A stretch of 64,000 bases of DNA. Origin: Phoronis australis (lineage: Eukaryota; Animalia; Phoronida). The notes under the pieces are model-generated. The model was not told the DNA's origin, did no database searches, and was given only the letters and a program-made list of their open reading frames with translations. The position numbers were made by a program, and so were the translations under genes. Positions 50,899 to 63,544 of this stretch are shown here, piece by piece (position 1 is the stretch's first letter; each line of letters begins with the position of its first letter). The DNA lies in assembly GCA_002633005.1 (NCBI GenBank), contig NMRA01000001.1:3824102-3888101 (forward strand), given 5' to 3'.

Positions 50899-51741
50899 GT
50901 TATTATTATTATTAGTCCTGTGAAATTGCCTTCATTGCAGTGATAATTGCAAGCAGACCACAGCCACACACAAAGAAGGTGAAAAAGTCGGACACTGTAT
51001 CACGCTACCAACAGACACAGCAGTCTTGGCAGTTGAACAAGGCCCCTGGTGAGAAGAAACATAAGGACTTGAGGTGGGGCATACGAGAACAGATGTTATA
51101 CCACGATGAGGTCGTCAAGGTAGGTGGCGCTGGTTGTCAAGTTGGTGTTAAACAAGGAATGCACTAATGGTGCCACCTCATGCAATACATTAAAATTATT
51201 ACAAGCTGAATGCAATGTTTTTGGTTAATTTTTATCCTTTTACTTTGGGGAAAATGAATCTTACCTAACTTTTCTCGAGGAATTCAGGCGCCAAGCAGTT
51301 AAAAATTCTCTAGTTTCAGTGACTGTGGATACTGCGAATTTATTTCGGCCAGTGTTTTATTGCTGTAATTTCATTGAGAATGCTGCACTTGCCCTGCTGC
51401 ACACAAAAGAAACTTGGATCAATGATCGTGATGAGAAGTGATGGTGCCAGTGGTCTGTTGACGAAGTACGATGTGCCATGAACCTGACCAAGTTCTAATG
51501 AACAAACACTAATCGTAGTATCAAAACTGTTGTAGTTGTTGATCTTTCAATTTTGGTTTGGTAATAAACAAGTGACTTGGATAATTCTTACGCATCTCAC
51601 TTTCTTCCACAGAGAGCTCCCAGGGTTTATGTTCCAAACACATACGTTGTGCCGACCGACAAGAAGAGGAAATCATTGGTTTGGCAGGTCAGAGCAGACA
51701 TGGCAAAAGGAAACAAACCCCCTGTTGGTGGATTCACATAG
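39249..51741 (+). CDS. HYLS1: Hydrolethalus syndrome protein 1 homolog (centriole/basal-body ciliogenesis protein), 10 coding exons, ~338 aa
   Basis: Exons 39249-39342, 40266-40343, 41234-41283, 41654-41766, 43135-43284, 44011-44069, 45968-46092, 49836-49875, 50941-51119, 51613-51741 (TAG), with consistent phases. Motifs IKRKVLRKQDG..VFDES; HYLS box KSDTVSRYQ...W...[18 protein letters not shown]; [26 protein letters not shown]. The low-complexity middle exons are less certain. Confidence 0.9.
41004..41165. repeat. Imperfect (ATT)n microsatellite
   Basis: Visible ATT/ATC triplet run. Confidence 0.9.
44673..45695. mobile_element. Putative ~1-kb non-autonomous DNA transposon
   Basis: 13-bp inverted termini aaccttcagattt / aaatctgaaggtt with partial further similarity; internal inverted repeat aaaaatgctgttagga/tcctaacagcattttt; no clear TSD. 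Confidence 0.5.
46611..46706. repeat. Near-perfect palindrome (hairpin/MITE remnant)
   Basis: gtgcccgaattttgagaaccagtt / aactggttctcaaaatacgggcac, plus outer gtctgata/tatcagac. Confidence 0.75.
47764..47992 (-). mobile_element. tRNA-derived SINE, copy 2
   Basis: Minus strand has A-box-like TGGCCTAATG and B box GGTTCAAATCC, followed by a body shared with 32310-32560. Confidence 0.75.
50685..50913. repeat. Compound (AAT/GAT)n then (ATT/ATC)n microsatellite
   Basis: Triplet runs of opposite polarity, ending about 27 nt upstream of the acceptor at 50940. Confidence 0.9.
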
Positions 51742-54700
51742 CATGCATCCAGTACCTAGGATTAGGAAACTACAAGACAGTGCACATTGATCCAGGATGT
51801 TTGCTTGTGTGACATCTGGCCCTGATGATGTATGGTGCATCAGGAGTGATTCACTGGATCTGAACTACCGCCCAACGCCTTTTACTCCATGTTTGATGTG
51901 AACGCAGGTTGTGCGACGGACTCAAGATTTTAATTCGTCGGACAGTATTATGTATGAACATCATGAAGCTGCCTCAGAGCCAGGTCCCTTTTTGAAGAAG
52001 TGTTTGAAAGTAACGGAAATTTTTATCAGTAGAAAGGGTATTGAACGACTTACCAAGGTTTACATCAGTATTATTTTGTTACTTTGCACTTTATCGTGCC
52101 CAAAGATGTTATGGCCATTTTACCATGCTTGTGTCGGATCAGTCATAGGTGACTTCTTAATCTTTAGGTGTATCCAGATATCCAGTTGCCTCTGTGCTAG
52201 CTTCCCCAGGGACCTCTTGTTCCCAATCAGCTGAATGTCCACACAGCAAATGTCAACTGGTGTCAAGGCAGAAGAGATAACAAGATAATCTCTCTGTATG
52301 TGTATGCAGGACTAAATATGGACTAAGCTGTGAGTGTTTTTAATAAATACCTTGTCATTTGTCACTCCATCTGTCTGAACAGGCTCTTCTGTTGGGGTGT
52401 TGACTGGAGTGCAAGTTGTACTACCTTGAAGAGCAGAGTTATGTTACCACAGCTGTGTCACGTTGTGGACTGTTAAATTTTTGTCCGTATTGTCTCTTGC
52501 GCAGGATTGTCTTGTGCCTGGAGAAGCTTGTGCCAAGGCAACTGGTTCTTCTGAGTATTAGTCTGTTGTTGTGAAGTCTATGAGAATGACTTTGTTAGTG
52601 ACTGTGTCTTTCAAGACATGCAGAGAAACGACAGTGAATTTGTTTTTTAATTGCATCAAATGCTTTTAAAAATGTTTTTTTTAAAGTGAGCAATTTTAGA
52701 TTATTGTAGAAGAATCAGTGCACAAGAGATCTGTAGATTTTAGTGTTGGGGCAACAGGGATAGTTGTACAGTCTTGTTTTTCACTGTTAATGAGTCATGG
52801 TAATGTGTTAATTGATGTATCTTTAACTGTGCATAACCTATGAAAAATTTTTTAGAAAAGGTCGTTCACTCTATGAATTATTTCAGTACAATGATACTGA
52901 CTTGCTATGTTCAAATGAAAACACTTTTTAGGGTGAGAAAACTGAAGTTTTTCCGAGATGACAAGAGATTGACAATAAAATCTCCCTGACAAACTTTTTT
53001 CACTGGTCAGAGATTGCTGAATTTAATAAGGCTCATCTTGGTATTTTAACAGTTGGCATACTTGGTCTGACAGTGCAGTGTGTGCAAGGCTGTACACGTC
53101 TAGTCTAACATCTCAACATTATCCATTCATCGAACAATGCAAAGACATAAATGTCCTGCAAGGCCAAAGGAATTGCCTGCACCACATTTAGCCAGCATTG
53201 ACAAACAACTTTAGTAACAAAGACTACAGTCGCCAGTCGCAGTGAGAAATGGCGATGAATGTGTCACAAACTTCAAGTATTGGGAATGCTCAAATGTAAC
53301 TAAATGTGGATTATTTAGAGTAATCACTCTTCACTTTGTGTTGTCTATGAGGAGCTGTAGCCATTGTAAAAAAACAATTTAAACAACAAAAACTAAAATT
53401 CTAAATGGAGAAGCAAAGTTGCTACAAAATTGTGTCAGTGCTAAGATGGTATTGCAATTGCAAACGAAATAATTAACGTTATGTTTTTTTATTGAGCCGA
53501 TGTAGTAAATAAATTTTATGTACAAAATGAATATAATTCCATAAATTTTACTTGTCTGTACATAACATGAAATTATATACACATATGTACACGAGCACTC
53601 ACAATGGCCTGATAAAGCGTATACCGACTTGAATGGCCATTTACATGCACTAGGAAGCATGTGACTAAAACTATTAACAAATAATAGAATATGTACTTTT
53701 CAAATAAAATACAATTTTCAGATTTCATACCTCACAAAATGAATTTGTCAAAAACAATATACATGGTTACCATCACTTAATCTGAAAAAATTGAAATGGT
53801 GATTACACTTCCCAATTTGTTCCTGATTTTTCAGAGGGTAACATTGCAAACACCAAATAATTCACAATAGGACAACTGACTAAATAAAAATTGAGTAAAA
53901 ATATAACATTTCCCTAAACACTAATTTCCAATCTTAAAAACGTTCTATCGTATTGAAAATTTCAGATCCACACTCACAAAGAAAGCATAAAAATTCAGCA
54001 GTGTACACGTTCTTTGCTAAAGTGAAATAATTCGAGTCACAATTTGATTAATTAGCGTAATTCAAGAATGTGAGATATGATATGAGCTCAGAACAGCATA
54101 TTTTAATGTAACTCGATTACTCGCCAGTTTGACATTCTTGGACTGTGAGATGGAGACGTATGATTCAACTAGGCACAAGAGGCTTTAAGAAAAACTAGTA
54201 ACAAAGCGTAACCAATAAACATTTCACCACTGAAGCATCACAAAACAGCACAAGTTCTACTATAGTCACCAATCACAGTTGACATATTTACTGAAAGACC
54301 CTATCACAAAAGTAAATGTCGCCACAACCTGAAGTAACACTTTCTTCCAACAATGATGACATCACCAAAGTCTTGACCACTCAACTTGATTAAGTTCCAT
54401 TTGCTAAATACCAAAAGGGAGAAGACCAAACACTGTTAGCCACATTGTAGACTACAAAAGAGCCGGAACAACCGTCACAATCTTGATAAACTATGACACC
54501 CTAATGCGTGTCAAACTGCATGGCACTGACCTCACAACCTGTAAAAACTTTTAATTGGTTCGAGTGTGCGCCAGAAATTTCCCTGCACAGTGAATTTTAA
54601 TGGTTTCTACTTAAAGTAGGTCAAACCTTAAGTCTTCCCATCATTAAGCGGCAGTGCAAATTCCTGAACAAGTCTCCATCACACTAAAACAGATATGCCT

Positions 54701-54844
54701 GTGTCCACATTCAAGATTGAGTTGTCTCCATTATTTCTAATAGTTAGACTAGCAAATGCACCAAGACCAAACTGTGTTGACTTCTTGGGCTAAGCAGACT
54801 AGTTATAGTTGATTCCCACTTTTCTAAATGGCCCATGTCCAGGG

Positions 54845-57800
54845 TTAGTCCGTCTCCATGGCATCCCTGAGAGCCTGCTGCCTCAGTTTCTCCTGTCGTT
54901 CCTTCTCTTCCTTCTGTCTGTGGCTCTTCATGTGGGCATTGCGACTTTTCACCTTGAAGAATACCCTGGAAAAAGGTACAAAATTAATGTACAACACCAA
55001 CTATTCAGCAGTCTGAACCAGAACAAAGGTGATCAATGCTGCTTCATTAAATGAAATGACATCCTTCTGCCCTTTGATATATCAAGAACACAGCGCAGCT
55101 AAATACACAAAAGTGAACCAGAAAAGCAACAAAAAAGTTGTATGTGGACCCATCTGCTTATCTAGACCAAGTTTACAAAACAAGTGAAAGTGAAACAAGT
55201 GAAAGCTTATGAAATTATGCAAAACCAAAATGGCTAACAATCAACACAAAAAGTATGCAATACAGTTGAAAAAAGGTTTTTCATAGTCTCGAAGGTATGT
55301 CCCCCTCTACCCTTCGTTGATACAGGAGTGTATAATAGAGTCCGAAACGTTAGACCTCTTAAATCTTCGGTCGCTGAGTAAGTTGATTTTACTTATAACA
55401 GTATGCAATACAATACTACAATACAGTCCACTATAAAATAATAATTCATTTTAAAAACAGATGTTCGGAATGTTGCACCCAAAGATCAATAAACATGCCA
55501 CACTCAGGTTAACTTACTTCTCACAAAGTTTACATGGGAAAGAAGTCCCCTCTGACAGAGGCTTGGCAGGTGCTGGATGCTTATTGGTGCTTCCCGGAGG
55601 TCGGCCCCGCCTCTCGACCTTTTTAACTTCAGGTGGCGGTGCCTCTTCCTCTGGCTTGGCTTGAGAATGGACACGTGAATGACCACTGAGAGCTTGCTTG
55701 GATGAAAATGTCTGTGGGGGTTCAAAGTAATTATCACAGATCAAGGTCAACAATGGTAAGGAGTCGCCATGGTGATAATGTGTCATCATTAAGAGTTGTT
55801 ACTACATGTGGCTAAAGCTAATTGACGAATGAGTATCATAATTTACAAGTTTATAAAAAGAAAATCAAGTAATAATAACGAAAACAAATTTATAACCTAA
55901 TGAATCAAATAGCTCCAATAATATATATATATAACATTATTTGCATTACGAGCAGTATCTACTGAAAACCTTAACACACTAACATAAATAATTACAATGG
56001 CACTATGGTATTGTGCGCCAAATGCATGAAGAATTGTTGTATTTCCCATTTTGTCCTTGAGAGGGATTTGACATATGTTCTCCAACCCTCACGAGGTATA
56101 TTAATAAAAGAGATAACCATTGAAGAAGCATAACTATCTATTTCATACACCGAGTGATAAACTAAAATATAACCCTGTAACATGAAACGACTTTATCCAG
56201 CTTGGAATGACTTGATACTTATCACGTTCCGTGCAAAACCAATTTTTCACCAAAAACCCCAACTAGGCTTCTATGGATGTTCTGCGCATTATTTTGTGTA
56301 ATTTCACGATTTGGATGATGTTGCCATTGTTGTACAACAGTGTATCCAGTGTACATAACGTGCTCAACAAACATATCCAAAAGTCAAGGCAAGATTCCCT
56401 CACCAAGCGTAGTATTTACTTCAAAAGTGCTAAATACCTATACACAGGTTATTACACTTAAGTTATTTGCCAGATAACACACATGAAAAATACTATTTCT
56501 AACATAAGCACAGCCCAAGAAATCACTTTCACATTATACTCAGGTTCTCATTCACTCCCTTACATCCACTCACCAGTAAGACTGAACTAGAGGAGTAGGA
56601 GACACTTTTGTGCAATGCTCGATTGCAAGCCAGTGAAGCCAGGATTCGAACCCAGAGACTCCCAAACCACTGAGCCACACTATCTCCTCTAAACCATCAG
56701 GAAGGAAATTCTAACAATACCACAATATAATCACTCATCACGTTGACGAGTGAGATTTATTCGTGCAAATTCAAGGAAACCATGTACTTACAGCCGTGCA
56801 TTCTGGGCGATCACATGTAAACATCGTTGTGACAGAGCCCGTTGTGGAACTGGCATCAGAATTGTTAGCCTGGAAACAACCAACCACAATACATTGTTCA
56901 TAAATCGGAACAATCGGGAATGAGCAAAACATGGAGTCAACAAAATCTGAGAACACCCAAAGGAAGCAACAAGTACATCTTTATAAAACCTGCAATCAAT
57001 AAGTGATTACCAGCGCTGCGTTGTGTAGAGCTGGTTTCTTGAGAGAAAAGTGGGATCGCAAGTCTTGGCGATATATCACCATGCATTACAAGAGAAGCAC
57101 GTGAACACGCTAGCCTAGTGAGTGCTTTGCATCAGCTGAACTCGACCCAAGTTAGATAAGGTAACAAGAAAATCTACATCACCCAACAACTGGTTCTAGT
57201 CAACTCACATACTGGCTAAGAGGAAGGTACATTTTAGTTTTGTGCCAACAAATAGGCGAGGCATACATATGTTGAACCTTCTGGCATTTATCAAGAATGA
57301 AGCGACTTTTAAGACCACACAACTTTTAGGAAATGTGGAAATACTAACCGATTCATCATCAGACTTTGACGAGTCCGATTCTGAGTCTGACTCATCCTCC
57401 TTGGCCAACAGAGGGGGATCCTGTCTCTGCCTCAAGTTATACAGTTCATCCTGCTCTCGCCGTCGACGCAAGATGCGAGATCGCTTGTACTCGTCTGGAC
57501 AGCACTTCTTCCACAGGTAATAAAACTCCACACACTGTTTTGTGGACTTAGAACCAATCTGGAACAACACATTATGGCATAATGCATGTTTTTATACCAA
57601 CTTAGAAATTGAGGCACTTTGCCAGAGTCAAACAAAAACAAAAATAGGCTATCACCTGGGTTGGATAATAAACCGTACTTATGTTTGTAAGGTTATTTCC
57701 TCAGGGTAACAATACTACCTCAACATCTCAAGTTCAGCAATAATATCCTATACGTATATATTAACTGGAATGCAAATGGAATGAAAATGATTAAAACGAG

Positions 57801-60800
57801 ATTACTACGAGTTGTAGATCACAACTTAGCTCTCCAAAGTACAGGTATATGGACTCAACATGTAGGTTGATGACCATTAGCATATAAAAAAGCAAATGAT
57901 AAAGAAATGCAAGCACATATACCCAACATCTGAATCACACTTTTCACTGAACAAGTAAATTTAACGTAAACCCTTTACAATCAAAACCAAAAATAAATTA
58001 CCTCATTCCCTATTTTGAAAAAATCTTTGTCATGCTTTCCAATAGCCGCATTATATGCCTCTATCTCAGCCGTTGACCATGAAGAGGTTTCATTGTATTT
58101 GTATGATAATAATGTGTCCTCTTTAGAAAATACTGGTTCCGTATTCATCAAGTCTAATAATGCATCCTGAAAGTTAAAAGTAAACATGGTGTTATTTCAC
58201 ACTTGCAGACATGATAACAGGTTAACTGGATTGATATGATGACCAAATTTTAGGAATTAGCCTCTCCATAACACAATCTATGACAACAGGACGTTAAAAA
58301 TGGCCAAGTATTTTCACGAGACAAAGAAAGTGTGGCATTCGCAGGCACAATTGAATCCAACATTTTACTATTCTAATACAAATCCAAGTTTACTCACAGT
58401 TCGTTGTAAAATGTGAAGTATCAATGACAAGTTCACATCACCAAACACCATACTGACAATAGACAGAAAATAAATACAAAAAGTCTACGTACTGTTATAT
58501 TGCCCTTATGCTTATACAGTAAATGCAACGCGTACTCCTTGTTCATGCCACTGTGCCTGATTGCTGCACAGCAGGCAAAGTCTTGAAAATATTGCACTGA
58601 AATGAAACATCAAAAAGGGTTTAACATTGAGGTGAACTGTTTCCTGGTTGTTCCAAGAACATGGTGCTCGACATAATAACAAAATGTTTCAAAAACTCTA
58701 CTTTACTTTCTTTTATCAAGACAACACATTGACTTAAAAAATTCCAAGAACAATTTAGGCAAAAAAAACTTCCCAATCGCCTAAATTCAACCAGTGAAGT
58801 TTGTTACAATAGACAGGTGCAAAGAAAATTGTTACTAGAGGCAACAACAGTAGCCACCTATACCAACCACACAATACTCAATAGAAATAGATCTGCAGAT
58901 CCATCAAACGGTTTGCAAAAACAGAAGCGTATGCCAAAATACTGCAATTGCCACTAGGGGGCACAGTTGAATCTGTCCAAAAATGAGTGGGGTTCTTTGA
59001 CTGAGGCAAGTTTGTCAAATTTCACGAAAATCCATCAAGGAACTTTGCAGGCACAATGACTGACGGAGAAAATTAGAGTGGCCAGCAGGGGTTACATTAG
59101 CAGTTGGGCCAGTCGAAAAATTGGTACATGCATTTTCTTCCTTAATAGAAATACAGGTTTGTGGGAGTTAGACACGAGGACACTAGAGGCCTGACAGAGA
59201 TGACAGGAAGTAGTCTCATCAACTTGGACACAATATGGCACTGCAATTTTGTTTAAAGCATTATTAAAAAATTCTCACCATCACTTTCACTCAAATCCTT
59301 AAAAATATCTGGCTCACAGACCATTACTTCCGGGCTTTTCACATCAAGAGCTGAAGCAACGTCACCTGAAACATCAAGAGAAACACATCCTTTATACACA
59401 TAACAACAAAATTGTTATCCAACCTCAGCACCGCTATTCTCAGTCAAGCAGCTAGACCATTTCCATGTAGCACCCCTTTTGGTGGCCATATGCTATTGTT
59501 TGCTCCTAGCTAGAAACAAGCCAAAATTGGTAGCTAGGTGACGGATCCTAATTGCCAATAATTTTGTTCCAGCTAGGTACTAACAATAACATGTGACAAA
59601 CGGGAGGAGGAATTACATGAAAACATTCTTTTCTCGTCACGCACAGTAATGCTGAGAGTTCCATAAATAGGATTATTGGGTCATTTATACTCGGTCCTAT
59701 CACTGTCTTATGTGATGCACATTATAGAAAGAGATGTAAATATTTAGCTGTTACTTATGTTCTGTGACTTGTATCCTCCTGATGAAGATGATCAATGTAT
59801 ATTTCATCGAAACCTCGATGAAACCTTGTTCTTCTGGTGTCTTCAGTTTTCTGTTATTACTGTGGCCAACAACCAATGTTACTCAAAAAGAGCACTGCTT
59901 TGTAAGGTCAGATATCAGCAAAAAAGTATAGCACTTTTCAGTAACTAGTAAAAAATATGAGCAAAATAAACAGAATTAAAAGATAATGTAAAAAATATTA
60001 GTAATCTGGTACAGTTACGTACCAATGAATGCTGGCACATCGGCCTGATACTGTATCCCAATGTTAACATGGGGCTGAACATCCGTTTCGGGGGGAGGCT
60101 CTTCTTCTTCTTCAACTTCTAATGGTTCTAGCTCTTCTGGCAATTGAGGCTCCTCCACCTCCTTCACCTCCTGAAGCACCTTCTCAGACATACTACTGGC
60201 TAAACTGTCTACAATACAAAACGAGGAATGTGATTTAGGCCGGCAGGTTTCGTTGCATACACGATGAAAAAGGTATCCATGTAAACTGTTAATTATAACA
60301 ATAGAAGCAACATCCATACATAGCAATAAAGATAATAGTTTGGTTCATAACAAAACATTTGGAGGCTTTTCACTTACTTTTTATTGTATGCTAGCAAAAT
60401 CAGTACAAAATCCTTAAAATAATTGTCTGAAAATACCAAAACTGTTTTATTTGGCCAATGGCCGAGACAACTTTGTAATCTAAAAACATTGAATAATGAA
60501 AGCAAGACAATTTCAGTACTTACTGCGACGACTGAGAGACATGCGTGGGGTGTGCGGTGCGGATGCTGGAGTCACTGGGCGCATGGGGTGCAGCGACCAG
60601 AATAGACCAGAACCACTACGGACAGGACTGAGCATGGGAGGTGGAGTGTATGGTGGAGGTGACACCTTCTTCTTCTCGCCTCCCTCCCACAGACGGGGAG
60701 AGCGCAGTCGGCTCTGAAAACCACAGTTGTTCATGTGCGGAGGTATGATAAGTGGTTCTGGACGGTGTTTCTTACGACCTCGACCACTCATAACTGAACG

Positions 60801-61922
60801 AAAGGCAATGGCACCATCTGAACGGGAATAAGCATCCTCGCTGCGGCTGTGTGGTCTAAATGGCTCACGAAACACACCGCCTGTACTACTACGCGGCCGC
60901 ACAAATCCATCCTCTATACTTGGACTACGTTCATAGCGTGGAGAACGCAGATACTTTTCAGAGTCTCGTCGTCGCCTCCCAGGATGCAATGGGTCCCTGT
61001 TCTCACTTAGAAATGTGGAAAGACTGCCAGGCGAAGTCAGTGATGACCGCGGTGACGTGAATTTATCCGGATCAGCACTTACATGTCTTTTGCGTTCACT
61101 CGGCGTGACAGGAGACGTCACTTTTACTTGAGGTTTGGGATAATCAAACAAGTCCTTTTGTAACTGCTGCCGGCTACGCAGCGTATCTTCTTTTGAAAAT
61201 GTGAATGCCTGACTAGAATGTTTTTTGTATTCTGGGTTTAAATATTTCTCCTTCTTCCAATAATTTGCTGGCTTTCCACCCCTTGGCACTGGTGCATGCC
61301 TTGCTCCATTGGACACACGTGACGGCGTACTTGAGGGCAGAACAATGGGTGTAAAATACGAAGTGGACGGTTTCGATTTTGCTGCCTCATTTACAGTCCT
61401 TGGAGAATTAGCACCAGTTTGTGGCTTATGCTCCTCCGGAAGGTTGTCTAATTTGGTTCTCATCAATTGTTCAAATTCCGGTTGCTTGTCTTTCTCGTAC
61501 GTTGATAATGAAGCAAGGTCACCCAGTTTCATCATGTCTGCAGCAGTGGCAGACTCCAGGTTCAAGTCCAGACTGACTTGGGCGTCGTCCGTGATTGACG
61601 GCTTCATGAGCACGTGACTTGCAGACATGTGGTTTGGTGCAACGAAACTGGGTGGCTGGAACGACGAGAACTGCTGTAGAGGCATGGCTTGAGACATGGC
61701 TGCTAAACTGGTGGCAATGGTATTGATCACCTCCTGACTTGATGGATCGCTGGCTGGATGAAGCTTGTGCTTCAGAGCAGCCTGCAGTTCTGAGTGTGTT
61801 GTAGATAACTGGTTAGTGACTGACGACGTATGTGTGGGCTGAGCTTGAGAACTGTGACCAGATGTCACGGGCTCTTTGGCTGAACTCTCATCTAATAGCT
61901 TGTCATCAGTCTTGATAGGGTC
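54845..61922 (-). CDS. TRERF1: TRERF1/MIDEAS(ELMSAN1)/ZNF541-family ELM2-SANT, AT-hook, C2H2 zinc-finger protein (MiDAC HDAC-complex scaffold), 3' nine exons; 5' end outside window
   Basis: Exons 60524-61922, 60023-60208, 59279-59365, 58493-58596, 58002-58166, 57349-57558, 56792-56869, 55518-55711, 54845-54965 (TAA); about 847 aa. Motifs RPEPLIIPP; PYTPPPMLSPVRSGSGLF; ELM2 PHVNIGIQYQADVP; NKEYALHLL; SANT HDKDFF...[38 protein letters not shown]. Likely a co-ortholog of the three vertebrate paralogs, so the symbol is approximate. Confidence 0.9.
56590..56690 (-). mobile_element. tRNA-derived SINE head fragment
   Basis: Minus strand TGGCTCAGTGG (A box) and GGTTCGAATCC (B box) without a complete cloverleaf. 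Confidence 0.55.
58940..59110. repeat. Decayed fragment of the gccactagggggc HINE family
   Basis: attgccactagggggcacag...aaatttcacgaaaatccatcaaggaactttg matches the monomer of 26956-28680. Confidence 0.55.
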
Positions 61923-62258
61923 CTGAAAGTGAATTGTGATAAACATCATCTCTCGACTGCATGACAGTAACATAAGACTTAACATTCACCAGGCGGCACT
62001 AATGAAGAAGTATCCTTTTTCTATCTAATAAAATTAAGAGTGTCTGCATGTATCAATTAAGAAAATGATCTTAAACCAGGAACATGACTCGTCACGAATT
62101 TTGAAACTGGTGTCAAATCTATCCGAAAACGAGAACTTGTCGACTCTTTAATAGAAACCTATTTATTAAATTTCATAAAAATCTGCCAATTAGTTTCAAA
62201 GTTATAGAGGACAATGAAAAACAATAAAATAATAAAATTGCCACGGGGGGCACTTCAT

Positions 62259-63544
62259 AACAAGAGCAATGGGGAGCGTTGAAATGCGCCCACGAATGCA
62301 TCGCAAATGGTGTGCTTTTAGGGTTGTTTATTTGTGTCATTAAAATGGCCACTATATGGCGCAAAATACATCGAATCCATCTGAAAACCAAAAAAAATGT
62401 CATCGTTTCTTTAAAAGAAAGCCATTTACCAAAGCAAAACAAAAAGAAAGAAATTGCCACTAGGGGGCACAGTGTTCATCGGATCAGTCTAAAAGTAGTC
62501 ATCTTCTCTTGTTAACTTCATATATATACACGTGCTAAATTTAATAAAGATCCTGCAGAGGGCTTAGGAGATACAGGTGGGGGTGCAAAAAAAAAAAACT
62601 GCCACTAGGAGGTGCCACGAAGTCATCAGAAAATCATCAGCAACTGTCCCATTCAAAGAAAGTACATACATGCCAACGTTCACAATCATCTTTAGTGGTT
62701 TGGTTGACAGAGGGACGAACGCCACAAAACAGACTCACAAACAACAAAAATGGCCACTAGGTGGCGTAAAAAACCTTGAATCAATCCGAAGATGGATGGC
62801 TAGCGTCAACTCACTAATGGATGTCTATGTGCCAAATTTTATGGAAATCTGTTGAGTACCTTTAAAGATACAGCGATAAAAGTAAAAAACTAAAATTGCC
62901 ACTAGGCGGCACACTGGTAGACCGATCCCTCCGAAAGTCGTCATCGTCTGTTGTCAACTTTATATAAATACATTTGCTAAATTTAATAAAGATCCTGTAG
63001 AGCATTTAGGAGATACAGCCATGGGCGCAAAAACAAACAGAAATACCAATAGGAGGTGCCACAATAGTCGAAGTCATCGAAAAATCATCGTCAACTGTAT
63101 TCTTCATAATAAGACCATACATGCCAATTTCCACAATCATCCTTAGAGTGGTTTGGTTGTTAGAAAGGCGGACGCCAAAAAAACGACTCGAAAATAGTAA
63201 AAATGGCCACTAGATGGTGCAAAATCCATCGAGGCAATCCGAAAATGGGAGGATAGCCTTAACTCATTTATAGATGCCTATGTACCAAATTTCATGAAAA
63301 TCGGTTGAAGACCTTTGAAGATACAGAGGCAAACTTAAAAAACAAAAATTGCCACTAGGGGGCACAGCGGTATTCAAGTCGGTCCAAAACTAGTCGCCCT
63401 CTGTCATAGGCCCTATAGGAACACACCTGCCAAATTTCAATACGATCCTGCAAGGGGCTTAGGAGATACAGCCGCGGACGCCAGACGCCCAGACAGAGAT
63501 GACTGCAATATGCGACCACATATAAAAATGTGGGCGCATAAAAA
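62259..63544 (-). mobile_element. Helentron-associated non-autonomous element (HINE-like), copy 3
   Basis: Same termini as 26956-28680 (aacaagagcaatggggagcgttgaaatgcgcccacgaatgc ... atgtgggcgcataaaa) and the same trimeric internal repeat. Confidence 0.8.

Noticed and set aside
50775-50969. Poly-Ile ORF
   Set aside because: Translation of the ATT microsatellite.
56620-56690. tRNA gene
   Set aside because: A and B boxes are present but there is no anticodon arm or acceptor stem; treated as a SINE head.
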